The translations under genes and the position numbers were made by a program. A stretch of 64,000 nucleotides of DNA from an uncultured Desulfobacter sp. (lineage in GTDB: Bacteria > Desulfobacterota > Desulfobacteria > Desulfobacterales > Desulfobacteraceae), in assembly GCA_963666145.1 (NCBI GenBank), contig OY762614.1, positions 2,969,617 to 3,033,616 of the forward strand, written 5' to 3'. Under the pieces are notes generated by a model. It was not told the DNA's origin, ran no database searches, and saw only the letters and a program-made list of their open reading frames with translations. This document shows, piece after piece, positions 47,566-57,486 of the stretch (its first letter is position 1; the number at the start of each line of letters is the position of its first letter).

Positions 47566-47784
47566 ATGGCCTATAAACACATTATTGATGTCGAAAGGTG
47601 CAAAGGATGCGGTCTTTGTGTGCATTTCTGCCCCAAAGACGTGCTTGAGATCTCCGATAAAGTTAATGCAAAAGGGCATTTCCCGGTCTTCCAGGCCAGA
47701 CCAGAGGACTGCATTTATTGCGCCATCTGCTGCACCATGTGTCCGGATGTGGCGATTAGTATAGTTGAAGAGCAGAATGCATAA
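47566..47784 (+). CDS. 2[4Fe-4S] ferredoxin (delta) subunit of a 2-oxoacid:ferredoxin oxidoreductase
   Basis: CKGCGLCVHFCP and CIYCAICCTMCPD. Confidence 0.95.
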   Translation: MAYKHIIDVERCKGCGLCVHFCPKDVLEISDKVNAKGHFPVFQARPEDCIYCAICCTMCPDVAISIVEEQNA

Positions 47785-47817
47785 TCATTTATTTTAAGGA
47801 CAGAAGGACAAGATACA

Positions 47818-48888
47818 ATGGCTAAAGTCTTAATGAAAGGCAATGAAGCAATCGGCGAAGCTGCCATCAGGGCAGGCTGTTTAAACTATTTTGCATACCC
47901 TATCACGCCCCAGTCGGAAGTCGCCGAATACCTGAGCAAACGCCTGCCCGAAGTGGGCGGTGTGTTCCTCCAGGGCGAAAGTGAAGTGGCCGTAGGATAT
48001 ATGATTTTTGGTGCTTCGGGTGCCGGAGAGCGTGTCATGACCACATCATCGTCTCCCGGCATCAGTCTGATGAGCGAAGCAATTTCCTATATTGCCGGGG
48101 CGGAATGTCCGGCCGTATTTGTCAATATCATGAGAGGCGGTCCCGGATTGGGCGGGATTCTTCCGTCCCAGGGCGATTATTTCCAGGCAACCAAGGGCGG
48201 TGGCCACGGTGATTATCATCTGATGGTCCTGGCACCGGACGGCGTTCAGGAAGCTGTCGAAATGACCATGCAGGCATTTACCCTGGCTGAGAAATACAGA
48301 AATCCTGTCATGATCATGGGTGACGGCATGATCGGCCAGATGATGGAACCTGTTGAATTCTCCGATAATTTGAAAACCGAACCCTCCAACAAGGATGCCT
48401 GGGCCTCCAACGGCATGTCCACCCGGAAAAGCGACAAACCGAACCTGGTGAAATCCCTGTTCCTGGACCCCACTGAACTGAACCAGCACAACCTGAACCT
48501 CAAAGCCAAATACACCCAGATGAAAAAAGAGGATGTTCAGTACGAATTGTACAATGCAGACGGGGACTATCAGGTGCTGCTGGCAAGCTACGGCACCATG
48601 AGCCGGGTATGCCGCACCGCCATTGACATGCTCAAGGCCGAAGGCATTGAGGCGGCCATGTTCCGGCCCAAGACCTTGTTTCCCTTTCCGGAAAAACAGG
48701 TCTATGATGCCGCTGTCAAAGAGAGCTGTAAATGCGTTATCAGCATTGAAATGAGCATGGGCCAGATGGTGGAAGATGTCCAGCGTTGCGTCATGGGCAA
48801 AAAGCCGGTGGAGTTTTACGGGGAGTGCGGCGGAGAAATTCCGTCACCTGAAAAAATCATCGAAATCGTAAAAGAGCTGATCGGGTAA
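47818..48888 (+). CDS. vorB: 2-oxoacid:ferredoxin oxidoreductase alpha-type subunit (VorB-like)
   Basis: MKGNEAIGEAA, YPITPQSE, QGESEV, SSSPG, RGGPGLG. Confidence 0.85.
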   Translation: MAKVLMKGNEAIGEAAIRAGCLNYFAYPITPQSEVAEYLSKRLPEVGGVFLQGESEVAVGYMIFGASGAGERVMTTSSSPGISLMSEAISYIAGAECPAVFVNIMRGGPGLGGILPSQGDYFQATKGGGHGDYHLMVLAPDGVQEAVEMTMQAFTLAEKYRNPVMIMGDGMIGQMMEPVEFSDNLKTEPSNKDAWASNGMSTRKSDKPNLVKSLFLDPTELNQHNLNLKAKYTQMKKEDVQYELYNADGDYQVLLASYGTMSRVCRTAIDMLKAEGIEAAMFRPKTLFPFPEKQVYDAAVKESCKCVISIEMSMGQMVEDVQRCVMGKKPVEFYGECGGEIPSPEKIIEIVKELIG

Positions 48889-48910
48889 GGCGCCGGTCAA
48901 GGAGAAAATA

Positions 48911-49657
48911 ATGGGAAAAACATTTTCTAAGCCAGAGGCGTTGACAGACAATTATACCCACTATTGTCCCGGCTGCACCCACGGCATTGTCCACCGGCTG
49001 GTGGCCGAGGCCATCGACGAACTGGGCATCCGGGAAAAGACTGTGGGTATCGCCCCTGTGGGGTGCGCCGTCATGATCTACAACTACATTGACTGTGATT
49101 TTCAGGAAGCCGCCCACGGCAGGGCGCCTGCCATGGCAACCGGCATCAAACGGGTTCGTCCGGATCTGATGGTCTTCACCTACCAGGGCGACGGCGACCT
49201 TGCCAGCATCGGTTTCGGTGAAATCATGCATGCCGCCAACCGCGGGGAGAAATTTACCGTCATTTTCATCAACAATGCCATTTACGGCATGACCGGCGGC
49301 CAGATGGCTCCCACCACCATGCCGGGCCAGCGTGCCACCACGGCACCGGCCGGCCGTGATACGGCCCAGACCGGCATGCCCCTGCGCATGGCCAATCTGA
49401 TGAGTGAAATTGTGACCCCGGGGTATGTGACCCGCCAGGCGGTGCTCAAACCCCAGATGGTCAACAAATGTAAAAAGGCGATTAAAAAGGCATTCCAGTA
49501 CCAGATGGACAATACCTGTTTCAGCTTTGTGGAGGTGGTCTCCACCTGTCCCACCAACTGGGGCATGACACCCATCAACGCATTGAAATGGGCCGAAGAA
49601 ACCTTGCTGCCTTACTATGAACTGGGCGATTACAAAACCCCTGAAGACGCCAATTAA
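48911..49657 (+). CDS. 2-oxoacid:ferredoxin oxidoreductase beta (TPP-binding) subunit
   Basis: YCPGCTHG, HGRAPA, YQGDGD...NNAIYGMTGGQ, STCPTNW. Confidence 0.95.
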   Translation: MGKTFSKPEALTDNYTHYCPGCTHGIVHRLVAEAIDELGIREKTVGIAPVGCAVMIYNYIDCDFQEAAHGRAPAMATGIKRVRPDLMVFTYQGDGDLASIGFGEIMHAANRGEKFTVIFINNAIYGMTGGQMAPTTMPGQRATTAPAGRDTAQTGMPLRMANLMSEIVTPGYVTRQAVLKPQMVNKCKKAIKKAFQYQMDNTCFSFVEVVSTCPTNWGMTPINALKWAEETLLPYYELGDYKTPEDAN

Positions 49658-49671
49658 ATTGGGAGAGACCC

Positions 49672-50208
49672 ATGCAGACAGAAATTAAATTTGCAGGATT
49701 CGGCGGCCAGGGCATTCTTCTCAGTGCCAAGCTGCTGGCCTATGCCGCAATGAAGCAGGGATCCCAGGTTGCCTGGATTCCTTCCTACGGACCTGAAATG
49801 CGGGGCGGCACCGCATATTGCACCGTGGTGATCAGTGATAAACTCATTGGATCACCCATTATAAAAAATCCCACCCATCTTGTGGCCATGAACCGGCCCT
49901 CCCTGGAAAAATTTGACGACACCATCAAACCCGGCGGGATCGTATTTATAAATTCATCATTGATCCCGGTCAGAAGCCAGCGCAAGGATGTGGTCGAACT
50001 GCTGGTCCCGGCCAATGATATTGCCATTGAGGCAGGATCCGTCAGGGCTGCCAACATTGTTGCCCTGGCCGCATTTGCCGCCAAAAGCAAACTGGTGGAT
50101 CTGGATCTTTTGAAAAAATGCGTCAAGGAAGAATTTGCCGCCAAGGCAAAAATTATTCCCTTGAATATGGATGCGTTTGACAGGGGTGTGGCTGCCGCCC
50201 AGGCATAG
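49672..50208 (+). CDS. 2-oxoacid:ferredoxin oxidoreductase gamma subunit
   Basis: AGFGGQG, PSYGPEMRGGTA, ANIVAL. Confidence 0.95.
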   Translation: MQTEIKFAGFGGQGILLSAKLLAYAAMKQGSQVAWIPSYGPEMRGGTAYCTVVISDKLIGSPIIKNPTHLVAMNRPSLEKFDDTIKPGGIVFINSSLIPVRSQRKDVVELLVPANDIAIEAGSVRAANIVALAAFAAKSKLVDLDLLKKCVKEEFAAKAKIIPLNMDAFDRGVAAAQA

Positions 50209-50231
50209 CCGTAACTTCCCTTACAAATATC

Positions 50232-50270
50232 AAAGGCGGGAAAAATGCTGCATACGTTTTTCCCGCCTTT
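50232..50270. terminator. Bidirectional terminator between the vor operon and btuB
   Basis: AAAGGCGGGAAAAA-N11-TTTTTCCCGCCTTT. Confidence 0.85.
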
Positions 50271-50290
50271 GTTTATGGATAAATAAAATT

Positions 50291-52186
50291 TTAGAAACTT
50301 AATTTCACCCCGGCATAGCCCGAAAGTTCTGCGGTCCCATAACCGGCTGCCTCTTCATATGTTTCATCAAAAAGATTTTCTATCCGGCCAAAGAGCTTCA
50401 CATTTTTGCAGACCTGATAGGACGCTGCCAGGTTGACCAGGGTATAGGCCCCCAGTTTTTTGGACGTATCATCCCGCTCACCAACATAGACGGCATTGAG
50501 ATTGATCTGCAGATTTTCAATGGGATAAAAATTCAGATCTGCGCTCCCTTTATGGAACGGCCGCCGGTAAAGCTGCTCGCCGCTCGTATCGACATCGGTA
50601 TAGGTGTATCCCAACTGCATATTAAAATGATCGCAGGGATACCAGGAGATGCTTGACTCGATGCCCTGGGTTTTGACACCTGAAACATTATAATATCCCA
50701 CGGCATCATCCGCATCATTATAGTCAATGAGGTTGTCAATATCATTCCAGAACCAGGACACGGCGATCACCAATTGTTTGTTGAACAGCGGCTGCTCAAT
50801 GCCGATGTCATACCCGATGCTCTCTTCGGGCTCCAGGTCTTTGTTTCCCACGACATAATATCCCCAGCTGCCGTAATCAATGTCCGGACCATACAGTTGA
50901 TACAGGGAGGGGGCCTTAAATCCTGTTCCCACAGAGCCTTTGATCTGGGTGCCGGTGGTGCTGATGGTATAGGTCGGGGCCACACGCCAGGTGGTTATCC
51001 CGCCAAACGCATCATGGTCATCGTGGCGGATACCCACCGCGGCGGCAAAATTTCCTGCTACAAACTGCTCCTGCAAATAAATCGCATTATTGGTCGCCCT
51101 TTTTTCCAAAGAATTGTCTTCATAGGTTTCCGTTTCTGTTTCAACGCCGGCAACAATGGTGTTGTGTTCATCCAATAGAAACGTATTCTGGATGTCAAAT
51201 TTTCGGATTGTCCCTTTGAAATCATATTCGCCGCCGTATTCCAGGTCCGTCTCCCGGTCAACGCCCGAGTATGATCCGCCAACAGTCATCTGCCAGCGGT
51301 CTTCCAGAAAATGGAACACACCTTCAAGACGTCCTGTTGTTTCATCGGTGTCCAGGGTGTCAAAGTTATCGATCAATGATTTTGAGTTCCCGTGGTGATC
51401 GTATCCAAACCCGTCCGAGTCCTGCTGGGACGTTGACAGATGAAGATTAAAATTAAGATCCAGAATCTCACTGGGCGCGGCGTTAATCTTTAATGCCGCA
51501 CTTTTATTTTCATATCCGTCGTCTTCACTGTTTCCATCTGCTTTCCGGGCAACGGACAACCCATCTGTTTTTGTTCCGGACACGGTAAACGAAGTGGTGA
51601 TATAATCATTGCCGAACGAGCCGCCAGCCACGCCGCGCTGGGTATTGTAAGAGCCGGCTTCAAGGGAAATAAAACCTGTTGGCTGTTTTTGTCCCTTTTT
51701 AGTAATGATGTTGATCACACCGCCGATGGCATCGGAACCATAGAGAACACTTTGGGGACCCCGGACAACTTCGATCCGTTCAATATTATCGGTTGTCAGG
51801 TTCCGCAGGTCTGCATTCCCTCCCGTCTGGGTGGCATCCCGAAATTCAACACCGTCAACCAGCACCAGGGTGTGTCTGTTTTCGGTGCCACGCATATACA
51901 CGGAAACCGTTCCGCCCATGGGGCCGGTCTGGACAACATTGACGCCCGGCACACTGCGCAGAACATCGATGACCTGAGTCTGCTGCCTGGCTTCGATCTC
52001 TTCAGACGTAATGACCGTCACCGAACTCCCCAGTTGTGAACTGCGGGTAGGGGTTCTTGTTGCACTGACCACGATCTCTTCTAAAACATCTGTCTCTTCT
52101 GTTGATGGGTTTGCAGCCAATGCGTTCAGGGGCGCTAAATAAAAAACAAAAATCAACACAGATAGTTGTACCACACGATTTTGCAT
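50291..52186 (-). CDS. btuB: TonB-dependent cobalamin receptor
   Basis: Signal peptide, TonB box EIVVSATR, plug IERIEVVRGPQSVLYGSDAIGGVINI, terminal F; downstream of a B12 riboswitch; start at MQNRVV after GGAGAG. Confidence 0.9.
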   Translation of the reverse strand: MQNRVVQLSVLIFVFYLAPLNALAANPSTEETDVLEEIVVSATRTPTRSSQLGSSVTVITSEEIEARQQTQVIDVLRSVPGVNVVQTGPMGGTVSVYMRGTENRHTLVLVDGVEFRDATQTGGNADLRNLTTDNIERIEVVRGPQSVLYGSDAIGGVINIITKKGQKQPTGFISLEAGSYNTQRGVAGGSFGNDYITTSFTVSGTKTDGLSVARKADGNSEDDGYENKSAALKINAAPSEILDLNFNLHLSTSQQDSDGFGYDHHGNSKSLIDNFDTLDTDETTGRLEGVFHFLEDRWQMTVGGSYSGVDRETDLEYGGEYDFKGTIRKFDIQNTFLLDEHNTIVAGVETETETYEDNSLEKRATNNAIYLQEQFVAGNFAAAVGIRHDDHDAFGGITTWRVAPTYTISTTGTQIKGSVGTGFKAPSLYQLYGPDIDYGSWGYYVVGNKDLEPEESIGYDIGIEQPLFNKQLVIAVSWFWNDIDNLIDYNDADDAVGYYNVSGVKTQGIESSISWYPCDHFNMQLGYTYTDVDTSGEQLYRRPFHKGSADLNFYPIENLQINLNAVYVGERDDTSKKLGAYTLVNLAASYQVCKNVKLFGRIENLFDETYEEAAGYGTAELSGYAGVKLSF

Positions 52187-52213
52187 AGTCGCGCTCTCTC
52201 CTTGCAATCGTCC

Positions 52214-52256
52214 GGGCATAAAAAACCCGGACCAAAAAAATTTTAATCCGGGATTT
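52214..52256 (-). terminator. Expression-platform terminator of the B12 riboswitch
   Basis: Minus strand CCCGGA...TCCGGG followed by T6, between the aptamer and the btuB start. Confidence 0.6.
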
Positions 52257-52315
52257 CCCAAACTATCTCAGAATTTTCCTGCCTACCCAATCCTCGAGGT
52301 CATCGGCATCTTATC

Positions 52316-52500
52316 CAGGCAGGTCTTCTGACTTCCGGGGCGTGTTGTCTCTGCCCCTTCCCGGTCCAGTGGACCAGTGGTTCATGCAGAGACGCCTATT
52401 TTCCGGTTACAGCGGCGGGTCCGTTCCTGAGTTTCACAGGATTCCCTTTTGGCTGTTTTCATTAAAGCAGCCATTGTGCTTTCACGCACACCTGAACTAT
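52316..52500 (-). ncRNA. Cobalamin (AdoCbl) riboswitch
   Basis: Minus strand AGGT...AAGGGAATCCTGTGAAACTCAGGAACGGACCCGCCGCTGTAA...CCACTG...GGGAAGG...AGTCAGAAGACCTGCC, the canonical B12-box elements. Confidence 0.95.
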
Positions 52501-52518
52501 TGTTTTATGTTTAATGTG

Positions 52519-53673
52519 TTACGGTTTTCTCTTATCCTTTAGCACGGCATTGGAAATGACAATGCGCTGGATCTCGCTGGTGCCTTCGTAGATGGTAAAT
52601 ACCCGGGCGTCCCTGTAGAATCGTTCCACCGGGTAATCTTTGGTAAATCCGTATCCCCCGTGGATCTGTATGGCCTGGGCCGTGATTTCCTGAACCATTT
52701 CAGAGGCAAAGAGTTTGGCCATGGAGGCCTCCCGGGTGAATTTTTCTCCCCGGTCCTTCATGGATGCCGCCGAAAGAATCAGCTGCCGGGCCGCCTCAAT
52801 CTTTGTGGCCATATCCGCAAATTGAAAACGAATGGCCTGGTGTTTGATGATGGGCGCGCCGAACTGCTTGCGTTTTTTTGCATACTTGACTGCGGCATCA
52901 AAGGCGGCCTGGGCCACACCAAGGGATTGGGCCGCAATACCGATCCTGCCGCTGTCCAGACCGGACATGGCGATTTTAAAGCCGTCGCCCTCCTTGCCCA
53001 GAATATTGGCAGCCGGTACCCGGCAATTTTCAAAAATCAGATCCGTGGTGTCCGAAGCCCGCAGCCCCATCTTATCTTCATGGTGCCCCACGACCAGCCC
53101 GGGTGTTGTCTTGGGGACAATAAAACAGGAGATGCCTTTATGTCCCTTGGTTTCGTCGGTTTTGGCCGTGACAAGAACCACGGAACTGTTTTCCCCGGAC
53201 GTGATAAACCGCTTGGTGCCGTCGATCACATATTCATCGCCGTCCTTGACGGCTGTGGTGGTCTGGCTCACCGGATCGGACCCGGCATCGGGTTCGGTCA
53301 GGGCAAAGGCCCCGATAATCTCCCCGGATGCCAGGGGCACAAGAAATTCCTGCTTCTGTTTTTTTGTGCCGAATTTATTGAGCGATTCGCACACAATGGA
53401 ATTCTGGACCGACATCACCACCGAGGTGGAGGCACAGGAATATGCGATCTCAGACAGGGCCAGCACATAGGATACCGCATCCGCAGCTTCCCCGCCGAAC
53501 TCTTCGGGAACCATCATCCCCATCAGCCCAAGCTCCCCCATCTGTTTGAAATTCTCTGCGGGGAACTCCCGGGTTTGATCCCGTTCCGCAGCGGTGGGGG
53601 CGACGACCTTGCGTGAAAATTCACGCACCATATTCTGGATCATCACCTGTTCATCGGTTAACTTGAATAACAT
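52519..53673 (-). CDS. Acyl-CoA dehydrogenase (short/branched-chain type)
   Basis: FALTEPDAGSD, GTKRFITSG, KMGLRASDT, GRIGIAAQ, QIHGGYG, IYEGTSEIQR. Confidence 0.95.
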   Translation of the reverse strand: MLFKLTDEQVMIQNMVREFSRKVVAPTAAERDQTREFPAENFKQMGELGLMGMMVPEEFGGEAADAVSYVLALSEIAYSCASTSVVMSVQNSIVCESLNKFGTKKQKQEFLVPLASGEIIGAFALTEPDAGSDPVSQTTTAVKDGDEYVIDGTKRFITSGENSSVVLVTAKTDETKGHKGISCFIVPKTTPGLVVGHHEDKMGLRASDTTDLIFENCRVPAANILGKEGDGFKIAMSGLDSGRIGIAAQSLGVAQAAFDAAVKYAKKRKQFGAPIIKHQAIRFQFADMATKIEAARQLILSAASMKDRGEKFTREASMAKLFASEMVQEITAQAIQIHGGYGFTKDYPVERFYRDARVFTIYEGTSEIQRIVISNAVLKDKRKP

Positions 53674-53702
53674 GGTATCTCCTTTGTTTTAAAAAAACGG
53701 AT

Positions 53703-54248
53703 CTAAGGCGCATAGACCACCACAATCAGTTCGGCATCGTGATCGCCGATATTGCGCAGGTCATGCTTGATCCCTGAATTAAAATGAAGGGATTCCCCTG
53801 TTTTCAAGACATTGATATGGTCCCCCACCTGAATTTCAACTTCACCGTCCAGCACATAGGCAAACTCCTCGCCCTCGTGCTGAAACCCAACCCCTTCATG
53901 GCTGGCACCGGCTTCTACAACGATGCGAAACGCCTTTAAGTGGTTGTTTTCAGCCCCGGGTGACAACGGAGTATACGCATAATTGTCCGTGCGCTTGGTA
54001 TAGGCATCGGCCCGGGCTTCTGATGAATCTTCCGACTCATTGAGCAAAAATCCGGAAGAGAGTTGAAGGGTGCGTGAAAGCTGGAGCAGCGTTCCAACAG
54101 ACGGCCGCTGCTCTCCGCTCTCGATTTTCTTGATAACTTCTTTTGACAGCCCGGTCTCATTGGCCATGGCATCCAGGCTGAGTTTTTTGTCCAGCCTGGC
54201 ACGCTTGATCCGGACGCCTACATGGGTAATTTCTTTCTTTTTAGTCAT
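53703..54248 (-). CDS. XRE-family HTH-cupin transcriptional regulator
   Basis: VGVRIKRAR...IESGEQRPS HTH; cupin HEGEEFAYVLDGEV...FNSGIKH; the start may lie up to 36 nt further upstream. Confidence 0.92.
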   Translation of the reverse strand: MTKKKEITHVGVRIKRARLDKKLSLDAMANETGLSKEVIKKIESGEQRPSVGTLLQLSRTLQLSSGFLLNESEDSSEARADAYTKRTDNYAYTPLSPGAENNHLKAFRIVVEAGASHEGVGFQHEGEEFAYVLDGEVEIQVGDHINVLKTGESLHFNSGIKHDLRNIGDHDAELIVVVYAP

Positions 54249-54338
54249 ACGATCTCCAATAGTTTGAGGGTGATCAAACTCCATCTTTGACTGAGCGCTC
54301 GTTCAGCGCCGGTGGACTAAAAAATACATCCGGTTAAT

Positions 54339-55403
54339 TTACTCTACAACTTCAATCCAGCCTTCGGTATCTTCAGCTTTTCCGTACTGAATGTCAGTTA
54401 CGGCATTATAAAATTTCATGCATGTTTCACCGGGATTGCCGTCGCCGATATGAATGACTCTATCTTTATAGCGCAGCTCTCCCACAGGGGAAACAACCGC
54501 AGCGGTTCCGGATCCGAACATTTCCTGCAGGGTGCCGTTGTCGGCCGCGGCAATGACCTCATCAATGCTGATCCTGCGCTCGCTGACCTTTATGCCCCAT
54601 TTTTTTGCCAGTTCAATCACTGAAAAACGGGTAATACCGGGCAGGATACTGCCGTTGAGCATCGGGGTAACCAGTTCGTCATTGATCAGAAAGAAAATAT
54701 TCATGGCCCCGACTTCTTCGATATATTTAAGCTCAATACCATCCAGCCACAATACCTGGTTATATCCTTCTTTTTTGGCTTTTTCCCCGGCCAGAAGACT
54801 GGCGGCATAGTTCCCTGGGGTTTTGAACTCACCGACCCCGCCGCGAACGGCCCGGACATGGTCTTCACAGACCCAGATTTTTACAGGCTGCAGGCCCTGG
54901 GCATAGTATGATCCCACAGGCGAGAGGATGATGAAAAACTTGTATGTATAGGAGGCCCGGACACCCAGGAACGGGTCGGTGGCCACGATGGTGGGCCGGA
55001 TGTACAAAGAGGTCCCGGGGGTTTCTGGAATCCAGGCTTCTTCAATTTTGAGCAGTTGTTTCAGTGCATCCATGACAAAATCGATGTTAATTTCAGGAAT
55101 GCAAAGGCCCTGGCTGGAGCGGTTCATGCGGGCAAAATTATCCCGGGCCCGGTAAAGCTGAATTTTTCCGTCTTTAGTTTTATAGGCTTTCAGGCCTTCG
55201 AACACCGCCTGCCCGTAATGCAGCACCATGCTTGCCGGCGACATGGTAAAATCGCCGTAGGGTTCAATGCGGGCATTGACCCATCCCTTGTCCTTTTCAT
55301 AATCCATGACAAACATATGATCGGTAAATACCGTACCAAATCCCAGGTCTTCATCCTTGGGGCGGGTGCCTGGTTCAGATACCCGGGTAACTTTAACCTC
55401 CAT
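54339..55403 (-). CDS. ilvE: Branched-chain amino acid aminotransferase
   Basis: FGTVFTDHM, LHYGQAVFEGLKAY, LYIRP, KTPGNYAASL, EEVGAMN, GSILPGITR, GSGTAAVV; RBS GGAGG. Confidence 0.97.
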   Translation of the reverse strand: MEVKVTRVSEPGTRPKDEDLGFGTVFTDHMFVMDYEKDKGWVNARIEPYGDFTMSPASMVLHYGQAVFEGLKAYKTKDGKIQLYRARDNFARMNRSSQGLCIPEINIDFVMDALKQLLKIEEAWIPETPGTSLYIRPTIVATDPFLGVRASYTYKFFIILSPVGSYYAQGLQPVKIWVCEDHVRAVRGGVGEFKTPGNYAASLLAGEKAKKEGYNQVLWLDGIELKYIEEVGAMNIFFLINDELVTPMLNGSILPGITRFSVIELAKKWGIKVSERRISIDEVIAAADNGTLQEMFGSGTAAVVSPVGELRYKDRVIHIGDGNPGETCMKFYNAVTDIQYGKAEDTEGWIEVVE

Positions 55404-55573
55404 TGCGCCTCCGTTCTCAATTGGTGTTAACTTGTCATTTAACCGGCCAAGCTTATACCTTATTCTATAGGGTAGGTTTCCCACTATGCCGGTTAAGCCG
55501 CTCATAGCAAAGCAGCCCATACATTTAGCAAATTGTCATATTAGGACAATAATAAATTGAAAGCAAAGAGATT

Positions 55574-56545
55574 TTAAAGGTTTATTTCAAGTCCGTCATA
55601 GGCTGTGAACACTTCCAGATTCTGGGCCCCCGGCCAGGGGCAAAGTCGGGCATATTTTTGGGCATCCATGGCATGCTGCTCCAGTTTTTCATCGCAGGAT
55701 GCAGGATCATTGTGGAACAGGCAAAGCCGTTTTACATCCGACCTGAGAGCAAGTTCAATGCCTGTCATACTGCTTGAGTGCCCCCAGTCTTTTTTGCAGG
55801 TTAATGTGTCTGCAAATTTGTACTGGGCATCAAACACAACCAGATCGGCATTGCTAAAAAACTGAACAAACGGGTAGTCATCCTGGTCAACATCGTCATG
55901 ATGCTCTGAATCTGTTGAATAGACAAAGGCTTTATTTTTTTGTTCAAACCTGAATCCAAAGGAGTCTCCAGGATGGCTCTGTTTAATTCCTTCTATTGAA
56001 AACCCGCCTATTTCATAGGTTTGATCAAGTTCCAGCACGTTAAACCTGATATCTGCACCCATGGCAGACAGGGGAACGGGAAAATTGGCGGCGTTCTGCT
56101 GAAAGGTCATGGATTCTTCAATTTTGTCATGATATCCGTAAAAGTTAATGGTAGATCCTTGCATATAAGCCGGTATAAAAAAAGGAAACCCGTTGATGTG
56201 ATCCCAGTGAAGGTGGGAAAGAAAAATGTGAATGGAAAAAGTTTGCGGCCCGTCCCGGTTCATGGCTGCCGCAAGGGATGTCCCAAGATCCCGTATCCCG
56301 GTTCCGCTGTCGCAGACGATGATTTGCTTTTTGTCTTCCCCCTTAACCTGAACACAGGATGTGTTTGAGCCGAAGGTTCCCCGGATTGAAAAGGGCAGGC
56401 TTTTTATAAACTGCTTGATCTTTTTTTCCGATGAAAGATTATGGGACCCTGTTCTCTCCAATGCTCTGGCAAGTTTATGTTCGATGTCACGCGAAGAAAA
56501 TGAAATAGGGATTGACCCCCTGCTGCCCCAGAATTTGATATTCAA
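55574..56545 (-). CDS. Metallo-beta-lactamase-fold hydrolase
   Basis: FWGSRGS, NTSCV, DSGTGI, SHLHWDH, STDSEH, DAQY, WGHSS, LFHND. Confidence 0.9.
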   Translation of the reverse strand: MNIKFWGSRGSIPISFSSRDIEHKLARALERTGSHNLSSEKKIKQFIKSLPFSIRGTFGSNTSCVQVKGEDKKQIIVCDSGTGIRDLGTSLAAAMNRDGPQTFSIHIFLSHLHWDHINGFPFFIPAYMQGSTINFYGYHDKIEESMTFQQNAANFPVPLSAMGADIRFNVLELDQTYEIGGFSIEGIKQSHPGDSFGFRFEQKNKAFVYSTDSEHHDDVDQDDYPFVQFFSNADLVVFDAQYKFADTLTCKKDWGHSSSMTGIELALRSDVKRLCLFHNDPASCDEKLEQHAMDAQKYARLCPWPGAQNLEVFTAYDGLEINL

Positions 56546-56819
56546 AGTTATTGGCCTCCCGGTTTATGAGTTTGCTTCGGGATAGAATTATTAGATATAA
56601 CTAAACGTTTTAGCAGATAGTTGCAAGCAGTTTGAACTGGCGGGGTAGGTGATCTCATGTTAAAAATAATCGTAATTCTCATTATTGAATAAATTGTGAA
56701 CGAAAAATTGGCGTACTGCTTAATTGTGGATAGGAATTAGAGAATATACTCAATTTTTTGTGACAACGTATTGCCGTCAGCGGACGTAGATGGGCGGCTT
56801 AAGAGAATAGGAGAGATCC

Positions 56820-57485
56820 ATGCCTAAACGATTGTCGGATATACCCAAACAGAATCGTCCCCGGGAAAAAATGCTGGAAAACGGCCCGGAATTATTAAGC
56901 GATGATGAATTGGTGGCGATTTTACTGGGTTCCGGTACCAAAGGTCATGATGTCATGACCGTGGCTGCCCGCATTGTCCGGTTGGTGGATGCCCATAAGG
57001 GCCTGCCGGATTTGAGGGATCTGCAGCAACTGGAAGGCGTGGGGCCGGCCAAAGCCATGCTGGTTGCGGCGGCCCTGGAGTTTGCCCGGCGCCGCATTCA
57101 CCCGGAAGGTCTTAAAATCACAACGCCCCTGGATGTCTTGCCCCTGATCCGCCATTATGGAGACCGGAAACAGGAACACTTTTTATGCATTTCCCTGAAT
57201 GGGGCCAATGAGGTGATCACCCATCGGGTGGTTTCCATTGGCCTGGTGAATCAAACCCAGGTTCATCCCCGGGAGGTCTTTGCCGATCCCATCACCGACC
57301 GGGCTTCGGCGGTGATTCTGGCCCACAACCATCCGTCCGGAGACATGACCCCCAGTGAAGCTGATAAAAAGGTTACCCGCCGGCTTCAAGAGGCCGGCAA
57401 CACGTTGGGCATTACGGTTCTGGATCATATTATTTTCAGCCCTAAAGGACATTACAGCTTTTTGGAAAATGGCTGTTTGATGTGA
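56820..57485 (+). CDS. radC: RadC/JAB-domain protein
   Basis: RPREKM, HhH GVGPAKA, VHPREVF, AHNHPSGD..PS..D. Confidence 0.95.
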   Translation: MPKRLSDIPKQNRPREKMLENGPELLSDDELVAILLGSGTKGHDVMTVAARIVRLVDAHKGLPDLRDLQQLEGVGPAKAMLVAAALEFARRRIHPEGLKITTPLDVLPLIRHYGDRKQEHFLCISLNGANEVITHRVVSIGLVNQTQVHPREVFADPITDRASAVILAHNHPSGDMTPSEADKKVTRRLQEAGNTLGITVLDHIIFSPKGHYSFLENGCLM

Positions 57486-57486
57486 A

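Noticed and set aside
56820-57485. radC as a marker of a mobile or anti-restriction element
   Set aside because: It is the full-length chromosomal form with the HhH domain, flanked by metabolic genes, with no integrase, att sites or compositional shift.
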